DNA of 64,000 nucleotides from Auanema rhodensis (taxonomy: Eukaryota; Animalia; Nematoda): positions 5,642,001 through 5,706,000 of the forward strand of contig OZ059897.1 of the NCBI GenBank assembly GCA_964057225.1. Direction: 5' to 3'. Position numbers and translations under genes: made by a program. Positions 25,405 to 38,400 of the stretch are shown here, in pieces (position 1 is the stretch's first letter; every line of letters starts with the position of its first letter). The notes under the pieces were generated by a model. That model saw only the letters and a program-made list of their open reading frames with translations. It made no database searches and was not told the DNA's origin.

Positions 25405-26027
25405 CTGAAAGCAAATGAACATTTCTTGGAAAGAAAGACGAAGAAGCATAGGTCTTAAGAGAAGAACAAGAGGAACAACTGATGAGAAGTGATTTGCTTC
25501 CGTAGACTATGGGTTGGACGACCTGATGAGAGTTAAGCCGGTCGACAGATTTGCGGCTACTCATAAAGGGGAAAATGCTGTTGGCAGACCGTAAAAAGCA
25601 TGAAATCAAAGAGAAAACGGAATTAAGAATAGAATTGCCAAAGGAAATCGTTTAATCCTATTTATGGATATAAGATAATGAAAAAGAAAAAATCTTTTAT
25701 GATCATATGATGAGGAAAACAATAGAAAAGTCAAGTTGTATGTACTATGTCGGTCAAATCATATATGTTAACTATATGATTTATATGTGAAATCATGATA
25801 GAATACATCATGTTTCTTAATAATTTTAACATAAAAATGAAGAAATTTGGGTAAAACTTTGAAGAAACTTGAGTAGAAAATTAGAAGAAGCATGGACAAG
25901 ATGATTATGTGGAGGATGAAGCAAGAATGAGAAGATATATCCGTGAAAATACATGTTCACACCTTCAATTCAACAATATCCTTAGGTTATCAACATACCA
26001 CATCCAGTCATGTGAAATATGCCATAT
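23442..26027 (-). repeat. Right arm of the 2.6-kb inverted repeat
   Basis: Reverse complement of 13841-16432, including ~620 bp of upstream non-coding DNA. Confidence 0.97.
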
Positions 26028-27361
26028 TTTAAAAAACATATGTTCTAAAATGGTTAATATACTTGTAATACAGGCTGACAGTCATGAATGTAATATTGTT
26101 CAAGTTACAAGATTGATTTAGGTTGAGAAAGTAAGTGTCGATATTTTCACAAGGTCAAGCTCATGGTAATTTATCCAATGAGAACAGGCTGGAGTTAAAA
26201 TAACTTAAATATATTACTTATAGCAATAGTGAGAGAAAACAAAGTAAAGCATTGTTAATTTATAACTATATAATCTGTATTTCAATATATATAAGATGTG
26301 ACGTCATATTTACAATATTGAGAAAATGTGGATAAAGATTACGAGATGGTGTGGTAAAACGAATAAACGATTGGGTCAATCTGTGATTCGATTTCTACGA
26401 AAGTAAGGAAGATGAGAAACAGATGTATTTGACTGCTTGAACTACGTGTGAACAACTAGATTAAAACATTATTTTTAGTGGGTGGACCATTTCATGTAAT
26501 TATACAATCAGTTTTATAGCGTACAGTAAATATTAAGCTGACATGTTCATTTCACGCTTGTCAACTAGAAATTTGCTCATGGCAATGGAATGTGGTAGAC
26601 CGTTTGTCATTAGGTCCCAACGGTAACACATACTATGTTCTGAAGACTATTTTGAGCAATTAACCCAAATGTGTCACCCTTTTGACTTTAATACTCAAGA
26701 ATTTCCGGACATTCTACTGATAGTTTAATAGGAGATTATGTACTAAAGCTTTTGACCTTTGAAATTTAGACAATTTTCATATAATTGGAGCAAAAGATAA
26801 ATATATTTTTTATATCTTAAACACAACTTAATTAAAAAAAAGCAATTTATTGTAAGAAATATAATAAAAATGATGTTCATTTTTAACGTAAAAGAAGCAT
26901 AAAATTAATTATTTATTAATTATATTAAAAAACAAAAATTTAATTTATGTACTATCAGCTTTAGTTCTGAAATCTTAAAAAACATATTTCACAGTTAACA
27001 TATAGTAATATTTAATATAAATAAATCAATATAACTAAATTAAAATAAATTAAAAATTAGTATGTTTCATTACCTTTTATCATAACAATGATCTTAATAT
27101 AAGAGAAATATTATTAAATATTTTTCTTTCTTTCTTCTTAACTTAACTATAAAATATTTTATTTACAATTGTTATTTTTTAATTATGCAACCTAGCGACC
27201 GGTTGCATGCTCTAATCATTATTTTTATTATATTTCAGTTTAATTAACTTCATTTTAATCAAATTTAAACAATAACTTAGGTAATTTACATTTTTTAAAA
27301 TTAAATATTTGAATAATAATTTATACTTAAAAGGTCATCAATTTTTTTTTATATCAATTAG

Positions 27362-28012
27362 ACATGTACTACACAGTAATTTGAATAATATAACCTGTTG
27401 ATACAATTCGAAATTTGCATATTAATTCATGAGTGGAAATATCCTACACGTGGTTCACGTGGGAATTTCAAAACTTTAAAAACTGATAATTTCACTAAAA
27501 CTATGAAGTTACAAATTTTATAAAATATTTTAATACTATTTCATTAAAGAATTTACCTGGAAAGGAAAATGAATAATTCAAAGTACATACCAAATGTAAG
27601 TCTGGGAATATCATCATGCAGCTCATAATCAATGATTTAGATTATCTTTAATGTAAACTTCTTACCATCAAATCTGTCCAGACATGCTTTTCTTCAAAGA
27701 AGTAAGTGTTTTAGTTAGAGCTATTCAAAGTTGTAACATTTCTTCACAAGGAAATCGAGAGAAATTAAAAATTATTCTTCAAATTCATGATGCAATTATT
27801 ATTTTAATTTCAATTGGATTATTACTCTTTGTATTATATGAATTATATGATGATTATACAAAAGTTAAAAGTATTGTTTAGTTCTATACCATAAAGAAAG
27901 TTACCATTTGTTTTCAGATAGATCAGCATCTGATTCCGAAACAACTTTACTCTATTCTGGTGAATAAAAAAAACTTTTTATTATATTCAAATAATTGTAA
28001 CATAGTTAAGAT
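27362..28012 (+). other. Possible small or degenerate spliced gene with one hydrophobic segment
   Basis: Several good donors (AAT|gtaagt ~27596, GAA|gtaagt 27701) and acceptors, and the segment AIIILISIGLLLFVLY. No clean start or open 5' frame was found. Confidence 0.3.
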
Positions 28013-28155
28013 TTAAATTTTTATTATTCTTTATAAAATTATAAACATTAACACGATTCGCGTCAATAATTTGAAGAAATAATAATACAAAATATAAGTT
28101 TAATAAGCTCTGAAAAAGACTAGAATCTATGATTCATTATACTCACTAATCATGT

Positions 28156-29382
28156 TTAAGCAAAAAGAATTGTTTTTGAGATTGTAGATATTTGATTCTG
28201 AAGTGTTTCGGTAGGTGTGCTGTTATCGGTAACTAGATCATAAGCTCCTTCCAAATCAATACTCGGCCTATGACTGATTTGTAAAACATGTGGATTCTCG
28301 ACATCGAGAGATCTGAATGAATATGAATCTTGTCTTGAAACATCAAATTTAAATATTTAATTTTCAATTTGGAGTTGGTATGGTTTTGCCCACTCCCCCC
28401 TTTAGATTATCATTAGAGCGCATGCGTTTTTATTCGAAAATATAGTCTCATCTCGGCGAGTTTATTTCTTTTGATTTTTGTTGTAGCTCTCTCCATATCC
28501 CCCAGACCAACCGGATCTGGGATAGAGCACTCCCACTGGTTTATGAATTTAGATAATGAAAACGAAAACCTTACCTTTGTATATCAGAATGAGTTCCACA
28601 TGTAAATAAGCCAACTAGAACGATAACTATAGTTACAACAGAGAAGAGGATAACTGAAATTTTTATTTTAAAAATCCCAAATGATAATAAATATAAATAT
28701 TACCTAATAAATATAAGATTTTCTCTTGACTAATGTTAAACCGTAGAAGAATATCTGAAATTTCAAAGTTGAATTTTCAATCTTATTAGATGAGTTCTCA
28801 CTTTTTACAGTACAATTTTCTCCACTATATCCAAGAAAGCAAACTTTTTCTCCTGTTGGTGTGCAGTTAAAATATCCCTCCTCCTCACTCATTGAAGGTT
28901 TGCAGAATTTTTTACAAGCAGATCCGTAAAAATTTCTATAAATATAACAATATTGATTAAGAAGATTCTTAGAAATAGAATTACGGATAGCATTGTAGGC
29001 GATACTGAATAGACACTAGATCGCCAGCTATGTTAACATGATCCTCATTGAGTTCAGTGCTGAAATATTGTGGTTTCCATTTAGGTAAGCCATCCATTAA
29101 TAAACAATTTGTAAGATAATCATCAAAATCTTCCTGAAAATTAGAAATTGATTACAAAAATACATAAAAGACAATAGAAACCGAGTCCATAAACTGAAGA
29201 CAATGATCCATTAAACCTTCTGGAGTGAATATAGGTGGTTTGAATAAAATATTAAGCTGATATGTAGCCTAAAAGAAAAGAAATTAACGAAAATTATAAA
29301 TGTGAACACTAACCTCTATATATTTCAAAAAATATGTTTGAATTAGAATAATATAGTAGAAAGAATGACGTGTATTCATCAT
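28156..29382 (-). CDS. Transmembrane DSL (Delta/Serrate/LAG-2) ligand-like protein with no EGF repeats (~241 aa, 7 exons)
   Basis: Exons 29314-29382, 29182-29268, 28985-29133, 28802-28935, 28704-28754, 28575-28653, 28156-28312 join in frame. Signal-like N-terminus; DSL domain YRLQCYPNFYGSACKKFCKPSMSEEEGYFNCTPTGEKVCFLGYSGENC (6 Cys, DSL spacing); TM ILYLLVILFSVVTIVIVLVGLF; ~60-aa tail ending KTILFA*. Confidence 0.85.
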
Positions 29383-30595
29383 ACTGAAATAAAATGTTAT
29401 TGAATATCATAATAATAAAAACTTAATAAAGAAATTAATTGATAGAAAGCGTTATTTAAGAATTTAATTGAAGAAACTTTGTTGTTATAAACAGAAGTTC
29501 ACCTCTGACAACGTCATCACACTACTGACTGAATGGCCAAATCAGTCTCTCAGAATCGTAGTACATATCTATTTCTTCTATCTCTATTGCTTATCTTTCT
29601 TGGTTTTCTCACAATAGCACAATTTTAATCCGAAAAAGATGCTGTTTGCCATTAGCTAGATAGTTTGCCTAACTAGCATGTAGATTATTGACCGATAACA
29701 TTTAACCTATTATGTAATCCATTCAATTAAGTATAATTGAGCAACCTTTTAAATAGGATTAGCCGATAAATCTTTTAATACTTTCTTCCTTATGGAGATA
29801 TTTTTTTTGTAAAATTAATTAAAATATGTTTTTTTTTTCAGAATTTCGTTTTCGTGAATTCGTACAAGCTGTAGAAATACAATTGGCGCAGGGAAAATAT
29901 TATGTTTGTTCTCTGTACTTTGTTTGTACTGATTAGTTGGATTTTTTAAAAATACAGTTCATCTATTATAGGGTCCCACATTTTTCCATTTTTGAAAAAT
30001 TAAATAAATTCATTATAAACATTTAATGAAATAATTACTTTTTTATTTTTACATCTATATCATTTCTATATCTGTATATCTGTTATAATGTTATTGTGTG
30101 AATGCAACCAATCATCTGCACTGTTTTCATTTAAAATAAAGTTGTCGCCAATGAACAATTTACTCGTCCTTATGTTAAGTTTATGTTAATTTCAAAACAA
30201 TCCAAATAACGAGTTTCTTACCAACTTATCAATCACCATTCTTATCTATTTATATTTTAATCACATTTCAATCATGTTCTTTTTTTTTAATGTTAGCTAA
30301 CGTATTTAACAAAATGCGATATTTTGATGTCTTTTCGCTGCAAATTTTGTGAGCGGTTTTTCATTCAATTTAGTTATATTGGCGTAAGTATATAACTTCT
30401 TATCGGCAGTTTTTATCATTTTATTGCACTTCGTGCTCCATATAAGTCACGACGACTTCAGTTTGGATTTGTTTAAAGTTTTGACTTTTGTGTTCGTTTT
30501 TTGCTTCTTATCTTCAAATCATCTACTCAGTAGTTTTATTTTCATGTGTAGGCTTTGCATTCTTTTTATTTCAGTTTAATAGCTGTGTAAATCAA

Positions 30596-32010
30596 ATGTT
30601 AACCAAAACTTTTAAGCAGCTCCCAAAAATTGTAAGTTTTCCTTATTTAGATGTTCACTAGTTTTTGAAAAGATTCTATATTTAACGTTTCATATATTTG
30701 AAGGAACTTCATGCTCATCTCAATGGAAGTATATCGTTGAAAACGATGACAAAGTTGCAGAATGAGACCGTGAAAGAGGAGGATCGAAACGTAAATCTTG
30801 AATCTCTCATACTTAATGAGCCAAAACCAATGGATCAGTACGTTTTAATAATTACGTTTTCGTTGTCTAACTGTTTTTTTTTCAGAGTTTTCAAGTATTT
30901 TTCCATGATCCATAAGCTGACCGAGTCAAAAGATGCTTTGCTTACGGTATTAGTTCTAATAAAACAATTTTCAATAGCTTAATACATTTATATTTAGGCC
31001 ACAGTTGATGTTATCACTGAATTTCACGAAGATGGTGTTGTATATTTAGAATTATCTACAACGCCCAAAAAGGTTGGAGATATGACCAAATATGATTACA
31101 TCATGGCTATACATAAAGGTTTGAAATGCAACTTTTAAATTTTAAATGGTTTCTGTCAATGGTTCCTTTCAGCCTTAGATGAATGCTCGCATCTACCAAT
31201 TGTTGTACGTTTCATACTTAGTATTGATAGGAAACAATCTGTTGAAGAAGCTTCTTCAACAGTAGAATTAGCTGAGCAATTTGCTAAAAGTAATTTCCGA
31301 ATCATCGTAGAATATTGGGGAAATTGTTCATTTCTTATTCAGAGTATGGAAAGGTAGTTGGAATTGGACTTTCTGGTGATCCTGCTTGCGATGGACAAAA
31401 GTTCTTGCCTGTCCTTAGAAGAGCTCGTCAAAGAGGATTGAAAATCACTATTCATTTAGCCGAGGTTGGCATCAATCATTATTTACTCAAAATCTCTATT
31501 ATGTAGTTGAAAAGTTGTTTGGAAGAAGTAGATGCTATGTTACAATTCTGTCCTGATCGTATTGCTCACGGGAGTTTCCTTCACCTGGAAGAGAGATGGG
31601 TGAATCGTATAGCTGAGCAAAAGATTCCAATAGGTTTGACTTGTTTATGAACATACACAATAGAGCTTTTTAATTTCTAGAAGTTTGTCTGACTTCGAAC
31701 ATGTTATGCAAGACAACGTCATCCTACTCCGATTCTCATTTCAGTTTTTGGAAGAAGCTCAATACGCCTTTAGCTTTATGTGTAAATGAAAAAGAGAATT
31801 CAATGATACAACAAAGATTTAATTTTCCAAATTTAGACTGATGATAAAGGATTAATGGATATCAGTCTAAGTGGTGAATATGAAATTGCCGCCAACACAT
31901 TCAATCTGACGGAAGATGATTTGAAGAAAATTACTCAAGATACGTTTAAAATCAGTTTTTTGACACAAACAGACCCTCAATTTGAAAATGTGTCTAAGCT
32001 TATTGAATAG
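30596..32010 (+). CDS. Adenosine deaminase-like protein (ADAL/MAPDA type, multi-exon)
   Basis: LPKIELHAHLNGS, DGVVYLEL.TTPK, LSIDR, GIGLSGDP, ITIHLAE, PDRIAHG, EVCLTSN, LCTDDKG. Confidence 0.9.
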
Positions 32011-32303
32011 AGATTATAAAATATGATTATAGTACAACTGAATTTAATTTCTTTTTTTTTATTAATTATATAAAATTAAATTTTTAATAAAAAAATTTTA
32101 TCGAAAAAAGACGTTGTAGTAAAAGTAGAAAGAAAATATGGTTATAATCGAATAAGCATCACAAATTTTCAAAAAATATAATTCATATATGAAGATGACT
32201 CAAATGATCGCTTTGCCAAAATCTGATAGATGATGGAAGATGAAGATGAAAATTAAAATTTGAATAACAAATCTCATCTTGTTCTTCTTTGTTCGTGAAC
32301 TTC

Positions 32304-35300
32304 CTAAGTAACAATTAATTTTTGGACAATTTCTTCACAAGATTTTGCGAATGTACGTCCCCGATTAACTATGCGCTCCATCCAGGTTGTTTCTCCAGGA
32401 TGCTATAAGCAGTTAAGATTATTAGTTCAAATTAAAAAGTGTGCTCTTACTTCAAGTTGCTTTATCATTTCACTCCACATTCCGTCGATATTGACAGTCA
32501 ACAAAGCCGACACTTCCACAAAACTGCACTTATAGATTTTAGCTAATGATTTACCTTCTATAATAGATAAATTTAATATATTTAAGATATAAAATATAGA
32601 TAATACCTATTGATGAAACAACTTGATTACGTTTCAAATCAACTTTATTTGCAACCAAAAGTACTCGAGCAACCTTTGACGTATTTGTTTGATATATTCT
32701 GAAGTTACTTCATTTTCTTCTAGTTATATTTCCTTTATAAACTATACCTATTTAATAATTGGGCAGCATTTAGAAATGAATCTCGACTGTCTATGTTATA
32801 TACAACGATGTACATTGTTAAATGAGCTCCAAATGGCGCATACTGAAAGTTAACAAGTTTTTTTTAAATCAATTTTCCCCTTTCTTTTTCATAATTTTTC
32901 AATTTGTTTTTTCATTTTTTCGTCTGTATGTGCCTATTCACAAAATATTTGATGAAAAATCAACATTATTGCTTTTAATAAAGATCAAATCAAATGTTTT
33001 GTATGAAGTACTATGAACGATGATCAGCTAAAAAAATCGCAAAAGTGAGTAGCTGATCAGCTGACCTCAAGTGCTGATTCCTGTAGAATTTCCAATTGAA
33101 CCTCTTCACCATTGAGCAGAAAACTGATGAATCGTGAGCATCCGGTCTCCTTATTATTTTCACTGGCTGAAAGCATGAAGATATAGAAGATATTCATAAA
33201 ATTATAATTAAATTACATAAAATGACAATTTGCTCTTGAGTTGTTGTAGTTGCATGATGATATATATTATGAGCTAATGTTTTTTTTCCCGTGTTTTTAC
33301 TTCCGTATATTCGAACAACAATGCGTTTTGAAGGTTTTGTCTCTTCTGGTTCAGGCATTAACCATATTTCTGGACAAGTTGAACGTCTAGTATCTTCAAA
33401 AATTTTAATAATTTTCCTTCATTTTGTCTAATTTCGATAGCTAAATAATGATTCGACAACAGACCTCGTCGTCGATAAATGTTTTTACTTGTTGATTTTG
33501 CTTGATAACCATTATCTATAACTGCGCCATTCTTGTAAGCAAAACTTCGAAGAGCAGATCCTTGATCAGTATTTGATAATTCCTGTAAAGAAAACAAATT
33601 AATTTAGTTCTTAGAAGCTCATTTTCAAAGTTTGAACCTACGTCATCTTCTTCCTTATGCTCCATGTAGCCACTATCTCGTAAAGAATACTGATATCTAC
33701 AAAAAATATTATTATGTTTGATGAATTAAATACATATAGATAAGTATATTTCACTATTTAAAATAAAAAAAAATAATAAATGAAAGAGATAGGCATTGAT
33801 GTAAAAGTAGGAAGTGTACATATTTACCTGATCGAAAAGAAATAGAAGGTCACCACAATGTGGGTGTATGAGGTATCAGATTTTGATGCAAAGAAAAAGC
33901 AAGCTGATCATCTCTGGGAAAATGATTTTGGTGAGAAATGTGAGAGTCTAGGAGTAGGAAATCAGCCAAAAATATACTTCATATATAGAGTCAGATTAGG
34001 GAGAGGATGTGAAAGAGAGGTTGAAAGAGATATGAAGTAGAGGGATAGATCAAAGATATCAAATGCTTCTGAATCAATGATCAATCTCTCAGACAAGACT
34101 TCGGTGCGAAGTAGGTTGGGCGACAAGAATCTGTAACGTACAAGTATACAGAAGAACTGTTAGAAGTAGTGAAGAACAAAAAAAAAACGAGCAGACGAAG
34201 CAAAATGTTTTCTAAGCGTACACACATACACACAAGCTTACTCGCCTTTTTCATGCTCCTCTGCCTGTCAAGAAAAAGGCAGCAGATAGCAAAAATACAG
34301 CTTATGCTTCAATGAAATAAAAACGTTGTTCGAAAACCTATTTTGAAAGAAAAAAAAAGAAGAAAAAATTGCATGTAAATCTGCACATATATGGAAAAAA
34401 GGGGATGCTTGAAACGTATAACATCATGATATATCTGTGCTCATTAATCATTGCGACTCATCGAATGAAATAATGTTTTTTGCAATCTAAAATTAGAGAG
34501 AAAGACGTGACGACAATTCATCCCATTGATGAACTGACGTTTTTCACAAATGCAATTGCCTTTGGCTTTTGGTGGAGTTAACAGAACACAGTACATGGAT
34601 GTATGTATATGTATAATCATAATAGCTTCAACAATCGTTTAAAGCTTACAATCTATTTATGTATCTCTTGATGACTCCTATTACAGCATTGAGTATTAAG
34701 TACTTTCTCTCTTACTCTATCTCTCTATCTCTCGTTTATGGATATCCTTTTTGCATCATTTTTTGACGCTCTCAAACATTGAGAATAAAGACAAACCATC
34801 AAATTGCTTTATGTGTCTTTGGAAGCAGATAAGGTCAACCGTTATATTCAAGCTTTAAGCTAAATTTGCAACAAAATTAGTCCAATATATTCGATTACGA
34901 GAGCTGTTTTTGCGATTGTTTTTCTTCACTTTTAGGTGGATGAATGGCTTTGTCGTCAAATAATAATTTTAATGAAGATATTGTAGATTATTAGCATTTA
35001 TATGATGTGCTTAGGTTCAGAAAAAAGAAGAAAAAAAAAGTTTTTTTTCCCAATAAAACATTGATGAAAGAGGAAATAAGGTAATACGATATTAAAACAT
35101 TGAAATTATTTAAAATTATTAAAATTATAGAAAAAAATAAAATTCAAATTCACCTTGGACAAGTTATGCGTTTGCGTCGAAAATGTCGTGGAGAAGTATC
35201 GGAACTGAAAACAAAAATATAAAGAATTAGATTTGTTTCTCAAATATAAAAATAGTAAAATTAAGTTTAATATATTTTGAATGATTAGAAGTATAGTTCA

Positions 35301-35397
35301 TTACGTATTTCATAGACACTTATGATTATTGTATAAGATTATGAGGAAAATCTTATATATTAGATATGTGTAACATACATATAAGCTTATCATAAAG

Positions 35398-35438
<41 letters not shown>

Positions 35439-38400
35439 GATATAGCTTTATGATTATAAAATATATTATGAAAAATATGGAAAATCAGCTATGTTCTTCC
35501 AATATTTCTAAGATGTAAGAAATCGGAAGTTACATTCTCATATGATTCGATGAAAATCTGATAAACAATATGAAAACTGATGCTCAGTACTTTTCACTTA
35601 TAGAATGAAGAATCTTTTGAAAGTTTTTCAGAGATGATCGAACTATGTAGTTCGCACTCTCCTTTCTTTCGGACTTCCGTCAGATTGAAATTACGTTTAA
35701 TAATTGGAATAAACTCATGTACAGTACAAATTTTTAAATTTTAAAATTGAATTAATATTATTTGTATTATACAAATACAAAAAATATTCTTAAACATCTT
35801 AAAATCTTAATAATTTTTTGAAAATTAGAAAAATTGAAATTAGATTCTAATGAAGAGAGAGAGAGAGAGAGAAAATGAAGTATCGGTAGGAGAGTTCACA
35901 AGAAAAAAGAAAAGGAAATAAGATTTGTGTGTATGTGTGAGTGTGTCTGTTAGAATCAATAAAGTTTAGAAATTTTCAATTTCAAACAGACGAATAGTTA
36001 AATTAAACGATTTAAATATATTTTTTTATAATAATTATAGTTATAACTTATTGTACGTATAACTAATATACTAAATAATGAATATTCATATGTATATCAT
36101 ATATTATTTTTTTTATAAAATGAAAGAAAATAATGTAAAATGGGCAATAAATTCGATAAAGAATAGAAAGTTGTCTTGGTAACCTATAATATATTTTGCT
36201 TATATCTAACTATGTATGTATATATATTTTTTAAATTTTATATTATTATTTTTTATTATTTTCCACTTTTTTTATGAAGAAACTGATTAATTTCATCAAA
36301 ATATGAAACTTTTTGATTGTAGTAATCCGCTACTATATAGTATAAAATATAATTATATAGTATAGCATAGTATAGTATAGTTAAGTAACTATATAGAAGT
36401 AAATAAAAATGAAAATGTATTAAACAGAAGGAAATAAACAGAAGCATAGTTGTGGTTTGAACTTCTGACTAAGCGTTGTTAGTGGTACTCTATCAATTGA
36501 ATGTCTTGGCAGAGGAACAGAGCTATGTTTGGAAAAGAAAAAGTCTAATATGGAGTACAGATTCTTAATACCTTGATTTGAAAGAAGAAGACGAAGAAGG
36601 AGACGAAAAGATTTAAAAAACAAAAAAAATCAATTAGTAATATGAGTCAAATGCAATGCTAGGATGATAAAGGATCAAAAAAATATGCAAACGAAGGAAA
36701 TTCTTCATGAGTTTCATTTACGGCATTTTGTATTTAATGATGGGAGTAAGGCTAGAAAACGACTGCCCAAGGGAATGACAATCATATACAAACATGAGAG
36801 CATATAGTGGAAATACAAAAAAGCCTTATGAAAATTTTCTTTAAATTTGAAATTTACCTAAATATGCCTTAAGTTTAGAAGAATAAAAAACTTTTGAAAA
36901 AACACATTATGAAATATACAAGGCAAAAAGTACTTTAGGCCAAAAAACAGAATACATAAAGTAGAAAAGAGTTTCAAACGTCAACAACCATCAACCGTTC
37001 GTTATGTCCGCTAGCACATTTGATAGAGAATAATTGCAATACGTGTTAGTTCTAATGATGTCATCATTTCACGTATGCTAATTGCAACCCAATGACTGAA
37101 TTCACGTATGCATGTTGATTACGTGGATTAGGTCAAGAATTTAAAATGAAATTGATGAATTTAAAATTAATAGAAAAATAGAAAATAAATAATTTTAAAA
37201 AATAGTTGTGATTGCTTATAGATGATTTATTACTAATCGACAACTTATGGCTGGTATTATCAATTAATAAAAACTAAAAGATGAAATATGAAGGATGTGA
37301 TTTAGCCATGTTATAATGAGTGATGTTGCTGTGTGCAGGCCGAATAAGGTTTCATCTATATTACTTCTATCTCATTCTACTCTCTGTTGCAAGAATTTGT
37401 CTTTACTCTCTTTCACTCTCTCTCTCTCTCTCTCCCTCTCCTAGTTTTTTCTGTTTCTCTCTCTGTCGTACACACAGTCTGAACTTGTTGGATATGCTGC
37501 TGAACAACAGAAAGTGTTTTTTAGGTTCTACTCTTCACAATATTTAATTCTATAACTAGGGTAGTAGTAAGCGAGCTATGCTCTCATTCTCTTATCTGCA
37601 TATTCTCTATTGTTCACTTACGTTACTTGTAAACCCTCATCATATAGATATTTCAACTTTCTGCCATAATTGGACTGATTTTTGCTTTTTCGGTTTTTTT
37701 GCTGTACTTTAGCAGCTTTAGTTATATGAACTTATTAGGATTGAACTTTCAGCATAGAATTCTCTCTTTCTCTCTCTGTTTTACTCTGTTTCTCTCTCTC
37801 TTTCATGGAATATTATGAAAAAAAAAGTTTTATAGGAGAAATAAATTGTTTGTCTGAAAGAGCAATAAAACAATAAATTAGAAACAGATATCTCAACAAC
37901 TCATTTAGCTGTTAGGGCATCAACAGCACTTAGTCTAATCAAGTACTGTTTTGACGTAACGAGTGGAAGTCGTTTCATAAATTTGGGCATCTGAGGCCGA
38001 TCAGTTCAGCAATGCACATTGGTAGAATGGGTGAGCCAGAAAAGGAAAAAAGAAGAAAGAAATTCCAGCTAGATGAATGAAGCTGATAGAAATTGGGAGC
38101 AAAGCCTGAATCTATAGTGCATTCAGTTCTGAATGAAAGTTCTAAAATTAAAATGAACTGTCGAACTATTTTTAAACCAATTGTAACCTTCTCAAGTTAT
38201 TGAGACATCTGGAATGTTACAACATGTATTTAACACAGGAAATAAATCTCAAAAAGTCACAGCATTAAGTTTATCTTGATTTCCTACACTCCATCTCATG
38301 CTTGTGCTCATTGTCTCTTTGTGCTCTCACTCTCACATTCTCTCACTTTCCTCGTCTTCATTTGCTCTCCATACATTAAATCTTTATAAGTTTTGAATAA

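Noticed and set aside
13841-26027. Large DNA transposon or Maverick with long TIRs
   Set aside because: The arms are a spliced host gene plus its promoter. The spacer holds an ordinary sugar transporter, and no transposase, integrase or polB was recognised.
27185-27216. Helitron 3' end (hairpin + CTRR)
   Set aside because: CTAA lies only 3 nt after the stem, and no matching 5' TC end or second copy is evident.
25405-28155. Operon or fusion joining the DSL gene to receptor copy B
   Set aside because: The gap is ~2.75 kb, far above typical operon spacing. The DSL gene has its own stop, and the receptor has its own signal peptide.
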